A stretch of DNA of 64,000 nt from Alphaproteobacteria bacterium (GTDB taxonomy: Bacteria; Pseudomonadota; Alphaproteobacteria; SP197): positions 768,001-832,000 of the forward strand of contig OZ219918.1 in the NCBI GenBank assembly GCA_964291415.2. Reading direction: 5' to 3'. Positions within the stretch are counted from its first letter, which is position 1; each line of letters opens with the position of its first letter. The notes below the pieces were generated by a model. The model was not told the DNA's origin and made no database searches. It saw only the letters and a program-made list of their open reading frames with translations. A program made the position numbers and the translations under genes. Of this stretch, positions 10,095 to 19,942 are shown piece by piece.

Positions 10095-11033
10095 TCACCC
10101 GGTCGCCTCTTCCTGCCAGTCCCGCCAAACCTGCCGTTCCGCCTTGCTGCGGTTGACCGGCAGTTTGGATAGAGCCATGCGCAGCTCATGCTGTGCCGGC
10201 TCGGGCACGAATGGCAGCGGCTTGCGCGGCGGACCCATGTCGCGTCCCGAGAGCCGTGTCGCCTCCTTGACGCCGCTCATGTAGTCGACCTCGTGGCCGT
10301 TGCCCCACAACCAAAGGCAGACGGCGCACATCGCATCCCACAGGGCCAGCGCCTCGCCATGTTCGCCGCCAGCAATCAGGTCGTAGAGCTTGGCGCACTC
10401 CTGGGGCATGAAGTTCGCCGCGCCCCAGATCATGCCGACGCAGCCCGCCATCAGACTGTGGGGCGCATAGGGATCGGTGCCGTTGAAAACGCCTCCGCCG
10501 CAGGCGATCAGCCTCTGCAGTTCCGGAAAGTCGCCGGAACTGTCCTTGACGTAATCGAGGTTCTCCACCTCGATCAGGCGGCGGTAGAGATCGACGGTCA
10601 GCGGTGCTGCCTGTTGCGGCACGTTGTACATGACCACCGGAATGTTGATCGCCCTGGCGATCGCCTCGTAGTGATGGAACACGCCGCGTTCGCCGGGAGG
10701 CTCGAGATAGGGGGGCATGACCATGACCGCGGCAACGCCGCAGTCTTCCGCCGCGCGCGCCTTGGCGATGCAGTCGGCCGTGCTCAGCGCCGTGGTCTGC
10801 GCGATCATCGGTACGCGGCCATCGACGTGTCGGACACCCTCTCGGATGAGAAAGTCGCGCTCGTCGTCTCTCAGGTAGGCGTACTCGCCGGTTCCCGAGC
10901 ACAGCACGAGACCATGCAGGCCCGCCTCGATCATGTCGTCGATATGGGCCCTGTAGCGCCCCGGATCGATCGTTTCGCCGTCGTCCTCGAAGGGTGTGCA
11001 CATGGCCGCGAAGATGCCGCGCAGTTGGGTCAT
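10095..11033 (-). CDS. Dihydrodipicolinate synthase/NAL (DapA) family protein
   Basis: AMCTPF, SGTGEY, VMYNVP and Schiff-base motif VKDSSGD. Start set at MTQLRG (11033). Confidence 0.88.
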   Translation of the reverse strand: MTQLRGIFAAMCTPFEDDGETIDPGRYRAHIDDMIEAGLHGLVLCSGTGEYAYLRDDERDFLIREGVRHVDGRVPMIAQTTALSTADCIAKARAAEDCGVAAVMVMPPYLEPPGERGVFHHYEAIARAINIPVVMYNVPQQAAPLTVDLYRRLIEVENLDYVKDSSGDFPELQRLIACGGGVFNGTDPYAPHSLMAGCVGMIWGAANFMPQECAKLYDLIAGGEHGEALALWDAMCAVCLWLWGNGHEVDYMSGVKEATRLSGRDMGPPRKPLPFVPEPAQHELRMALSKLPVNRSKAERQVWRDWQEEATG

Positions 11034-11302
11034 GTCCTGTTCTCGCCATCCCTGGAGCAGAAGGTGTGCCGGAGCCCGGCGATGATAGTCAGGACCCGTG
11101 AGGCCAACAAGAACGAATGGGATTCGACAGGATCCGGGCCAGGCGTCGATATCTGTTCCGCGTCTGATGTCCGGCGTCCGCCGGAACGACCGGACTGTCT
11201 CGAATGCAACGACGCAACCGCCGGGATCCCGTGAGCACGGTAGTTCGGCTCCCTTCACGACAGGAAGCCGGAAGGATCAAGGCAGATGTCGAACCGGTCG
11301 AA

Positions 11303-12409
11303 TCAGTTGTAGGACGCGACTGGAGGACCGAGTCGTTCAGGCGACGGCGAGATTCCCAGACCCGGTCCTTCCGGCAGCGCGATTCGACCGTTCAAGACCT
11401 CGATGCCTCCTTCGGGGTCGTAGTGGACCCCGGTATAGGGCTGGGAGATCCACACACCCTCGTTGAGATGCGCTTCCACCGTCGCTCCGGCATGGACGCA
11501 GGCGGCTGCGGCGATGTCGCCTCCGAAGCTGTCGTCGCACGTATGGGGAAGGGACCACACCTTGCAGATTTCGCGCGCCGTGCGCAGGTTGCTGAGCCCG
11601 CCGAGCCGCCCGATCTTGAATCCGAAGCCGTCGCAGAGGCCGGAGCCGACGGCGTAGAGGACATCGCCGAGGTTCTCCGTGTTCTCGTCGAGGTAGACCG
11701 GATGTTCGAGTAGCGGACGGATACGGGCGATTTCCGCCATGGTGTTGCAGGGCTGCTCGAGGACGATCGGGATATCGGCACACGCCTTCGACAGGTGGAG
11801 GACGTCACGGGTCGTCCAGCCACGGTTGGCATCGGCGACGAGCCGGGCCGACATCCCGACGGTCTCCCAGACCTTGCGGATCGTCGCGATGTCGGCGTCG
11901 ACGGAGCGGCCGCCCACCTTGAGTTGCAGACGCGGGAAACCCTGCCGGCTCTTCTCCAGGGCAAGGCGGGCGACCTCGTCAGGTTCGCCTACGCTGATGG
12001 CATAATAGGATGGAACCTCCTCGACGACCGCGCCGCCCAGAAGATCGCAGACTCTGACACCGTGAACCTTGCCCAGGAGATCCCAGTGCGCCATGTCGAC
12101 CACGGCCTTCGCGTAGTTGTGACCGTTGAGGTGGGCGTCCATGTTCCGGTGGAGGCCGTTGACGTTCAGCGGATCCTCGCCAATGAGGTGAGGGGCCATT
12201 TCGGCAAGCGCGGCCCTGGCGCCGAGCGCGTGCTCGGGCTGGTAGGTCGGGCCAACGGGGCAGGTCTCCCCGTAGGCCCTGAGACCCGTATCGGTGACGA
12301 GTTCGACGACGGTGGAGTCAACCTCATCAAGGCTGGCGCCCGACATGACGTAGGATCCGTTCCGGATAGGGAGATCGATCCGGTGGACGTGCAGTTCGGC
12401 AATCTTCAA
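11303..12409 (-). CDS. hpbD: 4-hydroxyproline betaine 2-epimerase / proline-betaine racemase (enolase superfamily)
   Basis: Strong resemblance to recalled HpbD sequences: GETCPVGPTY, HALGARAALAEMAP, GHNYAKA, VPSYYA, GFPRLQLKVGGR, EQPCNT, HTCDDSFGGDI, LNEGVW, GPPVASY. Confidence 0.85.
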   Translation of the reverse strand: MKIAELHVHRIDLPIRNGSYVMSGASLDEVDSTVVELVTDTGLRAYGETCPVGPTYQPEHALGARAALAEMAPHLIGEDPLNVNGLHRNMDAHLNGHNYAKAVVDMAHWDLLGKVHGVRVCDLLGGAVVEEVPSYYAISVGEPDEVARLALEKSRQGFPRLQLKVGGRSVDADIATIRKVWETVGMSARLVADANRGWTTRDVLHLSKACADIPIVLEQPCNTMAEIARIRPLLEHPVYLDENTENLGDVLYAVGSGLCDGFGFKIGRLGGLSNLRTAREICKVWSLPHTCDDSFGGDIAAAACVHAGATVEAHLNEGVWISQPYTGVHYDPEGGIEVLNGRIALPEGPGLGISPSPERLGPPVASYN

Positions 12410-12565
12410 AAGGCAGCGGCCAAGGGTGGTATCACGATCAGCCTAGCGGTGTGGAAGCTGGCGCGAAAGTTCCTCCGGTGAGGCCGAACCGGGTTCGTTT
12501 CCCGTGCGGCACGGGCGAGGCACACAACCCCCCGAACCACGTCCGCTGCCGCAGCGGACCGCGGT

Positions 12566-12979
12566 TCACGAATCATCGTTCTCGTGTGCCGGCAATGCGG
12601 CTCTCACATCGGTGAGAGCGAAGTCCGATCCCTTGTACAGCAACGGCTCACCTGTCGTTTCGGCAAGCGCGTAGGCGAAGCAGTCGCCGAAGTTCAACGC
12701 CGCCGGATGGTTGCCCTTTCCGAAACGACGCCAAGCGCGCCGCGCAGCGATGGCGTGTTCGGCGGTCACCGCGACGAGTTCGATGGACGCTTTCTCCAGC
12801 ACGGCGTCAAGAGCCTGGCCGGCTGCCGCGCCGCCGCGTCCCTCGACAACCATCGCTGCTTCGAGCAGCGCGACCGCCGACATGCGGCGCGGCCAACCCG
12901 TCGCGATCGCTCGTTCATACCGTGCCGCATCCACCTCGCCGAACAATATGGCAAGGACTGCCGAGGTATCGATGATCAC
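12566..12979 (-). CDS. vapC: Type II TA toxin, VapC PIN-domain ribonuclease
   Basis: MIIDTSAVLAIL, RFGKGNHPAALNFGDCFAYALA, LLYKGSDFALTD. Confidence 0.95.
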   Translation of the reverse strand: MIIDTSAVLAILFGEVDAARYERAIATGWPRRMSAVALLEAAMVVEGRGGAAAGQALDAVLEKASIELVAVTAEHAIAARRAWRRFGKGNHPAALNFGDCFAYALAETTGEPLLYKGSDFALTDVRAALPAHENDDS

Positions 12980-13233
12980 TTGGGCAGGCCTCGCTCGTCA
13001 TAGATCAAGTCGCCATGTTCGACTGCGGACGGTCCGGGTTTCAGCAGACCTGCACAGCGCTGTCCGATCGCGTGAAGTTCCTGAGCCAAAGCATCTTCAT
13101 GCCGGCGTTGTCGCTCCCGCTCCAGACGTTCTCGCAGCGCGGCGGTGATCGCGCCCGTCATGGTATCGCCGGTCAGTCGGGCTACCTCGCGCGCCAACCT
13201 GCAGGTCTCCTCGTTCTTTATGTTCAAGCCCAT
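12976..13233 (-). CDS. vapB: Type II TA antitoxin VapB (Rv0623-like)
   Basis: MGLNIKNEETCRLAREVA..TG.TMTGAI..AL and C-terminal LIYDERGLPK. 4-nt overlap with vapC. Confidence 0.92.
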   Translation of the reverse strand: MGLNIKNEETCRLAREVARLTGDTMTGAITAALRERLERERQRRHEDALAQELHAIGQRCAGLLKPGPSAVEHGDLIYDERGLPK

Positions 13234-13242
13234 CGCACCCTC

Positions 13243-13273
13243 GGTAGAAAGCGGCGGAACATTATACCCTACC
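13243..13273 (-). promoter_or_regulatory. Putative vapBC promoter/operator
   Basis: Perfect TATAAT on the minus strand at 13261-13266, flanked by a short inverted repeat GGTAG (13243) / CTACC (13269). No clear -35 box. Confidence 0.4.
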
Positions 13274-13491
13274 CATCGATGACGACGAAGGCAATGAATG
13301 CTCCGACCGTGGATGCCGTCGTCAGAGGACGACTGTCCGGTAAGGCGACGGACAGGGGCTGCCTCAATCCGCGCGGCCGTGCGCGATTGACCGTGGACTC
13401 GGGGTCGGTGGCAGTCCTGAGCCAAACCTGGAGCACATCCGCATTCACAATGACTGGCTGAACTCGCCACGCACGATCGGCAGCCTTCCGG

Positions 13492-14427
13492 TCATCGTGT
13501 GCCAAATGCCCGCAAACATCTCAGGACGAGGCCGGCGGGGCCGCGTTGCCGCCACGATGCGCCTCTTCGGCGCTGGCTGCTCTGCGCGATGGACTGGGTC
13601 AGGCGGTCCAGCACGATGGCCAGCAGCACGATGCCGAGTCCGCCGACGGTCGCAAGTCCCATGTCCAGCCGGCCGATTCCGCGCAGCACCATCTGGCCCA
13701 GTCCTCCAACGGCGATCATGGAGGCGATGACGACCATCGACAGCGACATCATGAGTGTCTGGTTGATCCCCGCCATGATCGAAGGCATGGCGAGCGGCAG
13801 CTGCGCCTTCCACAGCAACTGGCGCCTGGACGCGCCGAAAGCCAGCATGGCCTCGATCACATCGTTCGGCACCTGCCGGATGCCGAGATTGGTCAGGCGG
13901 ATGACGGGAGGCAGCGCGAAGATGATGGTGACGATGACGCCGGGAACATTGCCGATGCCGAACAGCATGACGATCGGCACCAGGTAAACGAAGGCCGGAA
14001 TGGTCTGCATGCCGTCGAGAATGGGCCGCACGAGGGTATAGAAGCGGTCGCTCCTGGCAGCCCAGATACCCAGAGGTATCCCGATGACGAGGCACAGCAC
14101 CAGGGACGTGAAGACGACCGAAAGCGTCGTCATGGTTCCCTGCCAGACTCCGAGGAAACCGATGAAGAGCAGGGATGCGATGACGGCGAGCATCAGCCTG
14201 ATCCCGGCGATCTGCCAGGCCGCCAACGCGAAGATGGCCAGCATGAGCGTCGGCGGCATGCTGCCGAGCGCCCACTCGAAGTTGCGCAGCACCAGATCCA
14301 CGGGCCACTTCAGGGCCTGGAAGAAGGGCCGATAGTTTGCGACCAGCCAACGCAGTCCGTCCGAGACCCAGATCTCGAGCGGAACCGTGCCGCATTCGAA
14401 GACATTGAGCAGGCCGCATTCATCCAC
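13492..14427 (-). CDS. proW: Glycine betaine/proline ABC transporter permease
   Basis: [69 protein letters not shown]. Confidence 0.93.
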   Translation of the reverse strand: MDECGLLNVFECGTVPLEIWVSDGLRWLVANYRPFFQALKWPVDLVLRNFEWALGSMPPTLMLAIFALAAWQIAGIRLMLAVIASLLFIGFLGVWQGTMTTLSVVFTSLVLCLVIGIPLGIWAARSDRFYTLVRPILDGMQTIPAFVYLVPIVMLFGIGNVPGVIVTIIFALPPVIRLTNLGIRQVPNDVIEAMLAFGASRRQLLWKAQLPLAMPSIMAGINQTLMMSLSMVVIASMIAVGGLGQMVLRGIGRLDMGLATVGGLGIVLLAIVLDRLTQSIAQSSQRRRGASWRQRGPAGLVLRCLRAFGTR

Positions 14428-15523
14428 GAGTCGGCACTCCCTTGTCCTCTCGGGCCGCTGCTTCGGGCCCGTCTTCCGACCGGTGGCCCTGGATGCCGCG
14501 AAGCAGGGTCCGGCCGGTCACGATGCCGACGGTCCGGCCTTCCGCGACGACGAGAATGGGATGCGGGCTTGTCACAGCCAGGTCGGTAAGGCGGTTCAGA
14601 CTGTCGTCAGGCGAGGCTCTCGGGCAGACCTTCTCGTCGATTGTACCGTGCCGCGTGGCATAGGCCTCGGGCGATTCCATGATCTTGTGTGCCGTCACCA
14701 GGTTGAGCCTGGAGATTCCGGCAACAAAATCCGCCACGTACTCGTCCTTTGGATTGGTGACGATGTCTTCGGGAGTGCCGATCTGCACAAGGGCACCGTC
14801 CTTCATGACGGCGATGCGATGGCCGATCCGAATCGCTTCGTCGAGGTCGTGGGTGATAAAGAGCGTGGTCTTGTTCATCCGCGAGGCCAGTGTCATGAAC
14901 TCGCCCTGGAGTTCCCGGCGAATCAGGGGATCGAGCGCCGAGAAAGGTTCGTCCATCAGGAGAATGTGCGGGTCGGCCGCCAGCGCCCGGGCAAGGCCGA
15001 CACGCTGCTTCATGCCGCCTGACAGCTCGTCGGGATAGTGGTCGCCCCAACCGGCGAGATCGACCCGTTCGAGTGTGTCCTCGGCGGTTGCGTTGCGCGT
15101 GTTCCTGTCGATTCCGCGCAGTTCGAGACCGAGCGCGACATTGTCCAGCACCGACCGGTGGGGAAGCAGGGCCATGTTCTGGAACACCATGCCGATCTTC
15201 CTCGACCGGAGCTCGCGCAGGGCCTCCGGCGCAAGCGTGTTGACGGCGATCCCCTCGACCAGAATCTCGCCCGCACTGGGATCGATGAGCCGGTTCACAT
15301 GGCGGATGAGTGTGGACTTGCCGGAGCCCGACAGACCCATGATGCAGAAGATCTCGCCCTCGGCTACGTCGAAGCTGACGTCCCGCACGCCGACGACACA
15401 TCCGAATTCTTCCAGCACCTGGCTCTTTCCGATTCCGCGCGATCTGACCGCGGCCAGCGCCTCCGTCTCGCGTCCGCCAAAGATTTTCCAGACGCTCCGG
15501 CACTCAATGGTGGCGTTCGCCAT
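14420..15523 (-). CDS. proV: Glycine betaine/proline ABC transporter ATP-binding protein
   Basis: [46 protein letters not shown]-terminal CBS-like segment. Confidence 0.93.
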   Translation of the reverse strand: MANATIECRSVWKIFGGRETEALAAVRSRGIGKSQVLEEFGCVVGVRDVSFDVAEGEIFCIMGLSGSGKSTLIRHVNRLIDPSAGEILVEGIAVNTLAPEALRELRSRKIGMVFQNMALLPHRSVLDNVALGLELRGIDRNTRNATAEDTLERVDLAGWGDHYPDELSGGMKQRVGLARALAADPHILLMDEPFSALDPLIRRELQGEFMTLASRMNKTTLFITHDLDEAIRIGHRIAVMKDGALVQIGTPEDIVTNPKDEYVADFVAGISRLNLVTAHKIMESPEAYATRHGTIDEKVCPRASPDDSLNRLTDLAVTSPHPILVVAEGRTVGIVTGRTLLRGIQGHRSEDGPEAAAREDKGVPTRG

Positions 15524-15608
15524 GCCGTCTCCGGGCTATCGAATCAAAACGGGTGCATGGCCAACCATGCACCCGCTTCATCCAGATCGAGAAGGGAAAG
15601 CAGGCGCG

Positions 15609-16595
15609 TTACTGCGCCGCTTTCGCCTCGGCGATCCAGCTGTCCCATTGCGCCCGGTTCGCCTCGATCCAGTCGAGGGCGTGCTGGCGAATCTGCTCGT
15701 CCGAATTCTCGCCCTCGTTCACGAGCATGTTCTGGGCATTGATGTCGCCGATGGGGATCTGCAGCAACTCGAACCACTTCACCGCGACCGGGTTGGCCTC
15801 GAGCCATGCCGTGTTGGCGACGACATGCTGCGTGTTGACGGCAAACCCGAGATTGCCGATTCCCTCCACAGTCGTGCTGTCCTCTTCGGTCCGTCCATCG
15901 GGCAGGGACGTGAAGGGAACGTTGAGCCACACCACCTCGTGCCCGGGGCGCAGAACGCCGCTGAGCCAGAGTGGAGTCCAGGTGTAGTAGAGCGTGGATT
16001 GTCCACTCCTGATACGTTCCACGGCGTCGGGAATGATGGCAAAATAACCGCCTTGACGATGCTCGACCGTGTCCCGCAGCTCGTAGGCATCAAGCTGGTG
16101 CTCGATGACGCGCTCGCAACCCCAGCCCGTCTCGCAGCCATAGAGGTCGGCCTTGCCGTTGCCGTCGATGTCGAACAGCTTCGCAAGTTCCGGATCCTGC
16201 AGCTGGTCGAGCGTCGTGATGCCATGGGCTTCCGCGGTCGGCTTGTCGATGAGATAGCCTTGCAGCGAGTTCTCGACCAGGGTTCCGACCCGCTGCCAGG
16301 CCGCGTCGCCACCCTGCTGTTCCCAGAAGGTCTTGTGAAGCGGCCACCAGAGCATCGGATAGTACGTGGCATCGCCGTTCGCCACCGCCACGAAACTGGC
16401 CTGCATCTGGGCGATCGCCGGCTCTTCCACCTCGTAGCCGAGTTCTTCCAGTCCCATGCCGACAACGTAGGCCTGGAAGAGCTCTTCCGAGATTCCCTGG
16501 TAAATCGGCTTGACGGTGTCCGCGGCCACCGTAGTCGGCGCCAACTGGACGGCCAGAAGCATGCTTGCCGCTGCCCAAACTGCCCTCTTGATCAT
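15609..16595 (-). CDS. proX: Glycine betaine/proline-betaine ABC transporter substrate-binding protein
   Basis: Signal peptide, EELFQ, LQGYLIDK, FDIDGNGKADLYGCETGWGCE, LYYTWTP, DINAQN. Confidence 0.92.
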   Translation of the reverse strand: MIKRAVWAAASMLLAVQLAPTTVAADTVKPIYQGISEELFQAYVVGMGLEELGYEVEEPAIAQMQASFVAVANGDATYYPMLWWPLHKTFWEQQGGDAAWQRVGTLVENSLQGYLIDKPTAEAHGITTLDQLQDPELAKLFDIDGNGKADLYGCETGWGCERVIEHQLDAYELRDTVEHRQGGYFAIIPDAVERIRSGQSTLYYTWTPLWLSGVLRPGHEVVWLNVPFTSLPDGRTEEDSTTVEGIGNLGFAVNTQHVVANTAWLEANPVAVKWFELLQIPIGDINAQNMLVNEGENSDEQIRQHALDWIEANRAQWDSWIAEAKAAQ

Positions 16596-16769
16596 TCCTT
16601 GCCTCCCTCGATGCCTGAAACGGCACCCGTTCTGTCGTCGTCAAGCGTATTCGGCTAGTGTCATCGAGGTCAAATGAAGAACGCCCGCTGTCGGCCCGGC
16701 GAAGACAGGGAGTTGTATGGTCAACCGGCAGAAAGCAGGTAGTCTGGCCTCACGCAGGGAGTTCTGCAT

Positions 16770-18314
16770 ATGACCGCCGTTGATGCCGTCGACAAGCCGC
16801 GAAGGCGCCGTGGACGGGACGCGCGCAAACAGGCCCGTATCGAGCGGCCGGCCCGCTTCCTGCCCGAGCTCGACCGCAGGATTCCCGTGATCGATCTCAT
16901 GACGCCGGATCAGGTCGAGCGCATCCACGATGCGACCATGACCCTGCTCGAGAGCAAGGGAATCGAGTTCCGGGACGATGAGAGCGTGGCCCTGTGGAAG
17001 GCAGCCGGAGCGCCGGTCGAGGGCTACAGGGTGCGCATCGACCGGGGCCAGTTGCTGGAACTGATTGCCACGGTGCCCGAGAGCTACACCATGGTCGCCC
17101 GCAACCGGGCACGCTCGGTCTCACTGGGCGGGTTGAAGCAGATCTTCACGCCGGCCTACGGTTCGCCCTACGTTCTCGATCTCGACGGACAGCGCCGCTA
17201 CGGGACGCTCGCCGACTTCGACGCCTTCGCCAAGCTGGCTCACATGTCGCCGGCCATGCACCTTTCCGGCGGCGTGCTGTGCGAACCGATGGACGTGCCC
17301 GTGCCGAAGCGCCATCTCCACATGGTCTACAGTCTCGTCAAGCACTCGGACAAGCCGTTCATGGGCATGGTGACGGCGCGCGAGCGGGCCGAGGACACCG
17401 TCGCCATGGCGAAGATCCTGTTCGGTGCCGAGTTCGTCGAGAGCAACACCGTCATGACGTCCATCGCCAACTGCAACTCGCCGCTGGTATGGGACCAGAC
17501 CATGCTCAATGCGGCCAAGGTCTATGCGGCCGCCAACCAGGCCATGCTCTATACGCCGTTCGTGCTCGGCGGCGCCAGCACGCCGGCCAGCACCGTCGGG
17601 TCGCTGGTCCAGATCAACGCCGAGGCACTGGCCGGAATTGCCTTCTCCCAGCTGGTCCGCAGCGGCGCGCCCGCCGTCTACGGCCAGTGGCTGGCAACGG
17701 TTTCCATGAAGTCCGGAGCGCCCATGGCGGGAACGCCGGAGATCTGCCACATGAACATGCTGGTCGGCCAGATGGCCCGCCACTATCGTCTGCCCTGGCG
17801 CTGCAGCGGCGGCTGTTCGAGCGCCAAGATCGTCGATGCCCAGGCCGGCTACGAAGCCGCGCGCAACATGTACGGCGTGATGATGGCCGGCGCCAACTTC
17901 GTTCTCTCGACCACGGGCTACATGGAGGGAGCGCTGACCCAGAGCTATGCGAAGTTCGTGCTCGACGCCGAACAGATGGAGATGTTCTACAGACTTGGAC
18001 AGGGCGTGAATTTTGGCGAACTCGACGCTGCCCTCGAGGCGATCGGGGAGGTCGAGGCCGGCGGACACTTCCTCGGCACGAAACACACGCTCGAGAACTT
18101 CGAGCAAGCTTTCATGATGCCCGAACTGATGAACCACGACAGCTTCGAGCAATGGGAGGCGGAAGGCGGTCTGGATGCCGACCGGCGCGCCGCCGCCCGT
18201 GTACGGCAGATGATCGAGGAATACGTGCCACCGCCGCTGGACGAGGCCATAGACGAGGAACTGCGCGACTTCGTCGCCCGCCGCGAGCGGGAGCTGCCTG
18301 ACAATGTGAGTTAG
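16770..18314 (+). CDS. Trimethylamine methyltransferase (MttB) superfamily protein, non-pyrrolysine type
   Basis: N-terminal RRRRGRDARK, CEPMDVPVPKRHL, SDKPFMG, NCNSPL, SMKSGAP.AGTPE, DAQAGYE, YVPPPLD. No in-frame TAG. Confidence 0.92.
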   Translation: MTAVDAVDKPRRRRGRDARKQARIERPARFLPELDRRIPVIDLMTPDQVERIHDATMTLLESKGIEFRDDESVALWKAAGAPVEGYRVRIDRGQLLELIATVPESYTMVARNRARSVSLGGLKQIFTPAYGSPYVLDLDGQRRYGTLADFDAFAKLAHMSPAMHLSGGVLCEPMDVPVPKRHLHMVYSLVKHSDKPFMGMVTARERAEDTVAMAKILFGAEFVESNTVMTSIANCNSPLVWDQTMLNAAKVYAAANQAMLYTPFVLGGASTPASTVGSLVQINAEALAGIAFSQLVRSGAPAVYGQWLATVSMKSGAPMAGTPEICHMNMLVGQMARHYRLPWRCSGGCSSAKIVDAQAGYEAARNMYGVMMAGANFVLSTTGYMEGALTQSYAKFVLDAEQMEMFYRLGQGVNFGELDAALEAIGEVEAGGHFLGTKHTLENFEQAFMMPELMNHDSFEQWEAEGGLDADRRAAARVRQMIEEYVPPPLDEAIDEELRDFVARRERELPDNVS

Positions 18315-18342
18315 TCGGGGCAGCCCGCCCCGAACCTGTGAT

Positions 18343-19437
18343 GTGTCCAACGGCGTGATCAGCACGATGCCAGAAGAACTCGACCAGCGGGTTCCCCTGA
18401 AGGCCCGCTTCACCGCATACGACTGTCATTGCGAAGGTGATGTGGAGACCGTCGTCACGTCCGGCCTGCCGGAACTGCCGGCCGGCCCCGTGTTCGAGAA
18501 GATGAAGCACCTGCGCCGGCACCATGATGATATCCGCAGGTTCTTTCTGCATGAGCCGCGCGGGAGTGTCGTCAGGAGCGTCAACTTCATTGTCGCCTCG
18601 GAGCACCCGCAGGCCGTTGCCGGCTACATCATCGCGGAGAGCGAGGAGTACCCGGTCATGTCCGGCGGCAACACCATGAGCGTCGCCACGGTTCTGTTGA
18701 AGACGGGTGCGGTTCCCGTCACCCAACCTGTCACACGCTTCAACCTCGAATCGCCGGCCGGGCTGATCGGAATTGAGTGCGATACGGCCCATGGCAGGAT
18801 CGGCGCGGTCCGACTCGTCAACCGGCCTGCCTTCGTCTACTGCCTCGACCGCGTGATCGAGGTGCCCGGATTCGCGCCGATGCCGGTCGACGTGGCCTTC
18901 GGCGGCATGACCTACGTGCTGGCGGATGCGGCTCATTTCGGTTTCGAACTGGTGCCGTCCGAGGGGCGGCAGCTCTGCGAGGCGGGTCAGGCCGTCAAGC
19001 GGGCCGCGGCGGAGCAGATTCCGGTCAGCCATCCCGAGAATCCGGAGATCGCGGGCATAACGCAGACCCTGTTTCGCTCTCCGGCTGTGCGTGAGCAAGG
19101 CGGCCTCCACTCCAGGAACGCCGTGGTCGTGTCGCCCGGTCGAATTGACCGTTGTCCGTGCGGTACGGGAACGTCGGCCCGGCTTGCCGTGCTGCATGCG
19201 CGCGGACTGATCTCCGTTGGCGAGCCGTTCCTGCATCGCTCCCTGATCGACTCCGCCTTCTCTTCGGAAATCACGGAACTCGTCAGGGTCGGCCCCTACG
19301 AGGCCGTGGTCACCGCCATGAGTGGCCGGGCGTGGATCACTGCGGCGTGCGACTACGTCCTCGAGGCCGACGATCCCTTTCCGGAAGGCTACCGGATCGC
19401 CGATACGTGGCCGACGGGCGGGAGTGGATGGGAGTGA
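18343..19437 (+). CDS. Proline racemase family protein with Ser/Cys catalytic pair
   Basis: HCEGD, LHEPRG, YPVMSGGNT (Ser at the first catalytic site), VDVAFGG, DRCPCGTGTSARLA, DPFPEGY. Confidence 0.9.
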   Translation: MSNGVISTMPEELDQRVPLKARFTAYDCHCEGDVETVVTSGLPELPAGPVFEKMKHLRRHHDDIRRFFLHEPRGSVVRSVNFIVASEHPQAVAGYIIAESEEYPVMSGGNTMSVATVLLKTGAVPVTQPVTRFNLESPAGLIGIECDTAHGRIGAVRLVNRPAFVYCLDRVIEVPGFAPMPVDVAFGGMTYVLADAAHFGFELVPSEGRQLCEAGQAVKRAAAEQIPVSHPENPEIAGITQTLFRSPAVREQGGLHSRNAVVVSPGRIDRCPCGTGTSARLAVLHARGLISVGEPFLHRSLIDSAFSSEITELVRVGPYEAVVTAMSGRAWITAACDYVLEADDPFPEGYRIADTWPTGGSGWE

Positions 19438-19499
19438 ACCGGGGTGCTGGCGGCTGCGGTCCGCCCGGCAGGGCGCCACTGTCTGCGGTGAGTTCCGGA

Positions 19500-19700
19500 G
19501 GTGTATGGTTCGAGCTTCGAAATAGCCCTGGAGCGGGCAGGGCGGGACTCGACTGTTCGTCGCCCCAGACCATCGCCGAGGCGACGGCGCTCGAAGGTGA
19601 TGTGGTTTGTCTCTTCCATTCGCCGCGGCAGACCGCGTCGGCATCGACAAGGGCGTGGGCGCACGATCCGCGTTCCCTGTCGGCGTCTTTGAGCGTCTGG
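19500..19700 (+). pseudogene. Decayed partial copy of the homocysteine S-methyltransferase gene at 23762-24718
   Basis: 19548-19625 translates LDCSSPQTIAE----ATALEGDVVCLFHSP, against LGYSSPQTIAEGFDEVMALGGDVVCLFHSP at 24368-24457. Nucleotide similarity is obvious; the flanks are degenerate. Confidence 0.75.
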
Positions 19701-19942
19701 TTGACTCCGCCGCCGCCCGGTCACCAGTATCCCTGGTGATCGGCACGTGGGGACCGGAACGGTCTGCCGCAGCTTCCAAGTCGCCAGTATCAAGAGGGGA
19801 CCGCCGTGACCGAAGGCAGGTGTCTCATTGGCCCCGCAGTCTCCACGTCACCAGCTTCCGCCGCCGCTGAAGGCGATCACGCCGTCATGGCCGCCGGTTC
19901 GCAGACCGTGACCGTTGCGAAGAAGCCTGGATAGGAGGGACC

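Noticed and set aside
16770-18314. Pyrrolysine-containing MttB
   Set aside because: The ORF is open to its natural end with no internal TAG, and no pyl genes are present.
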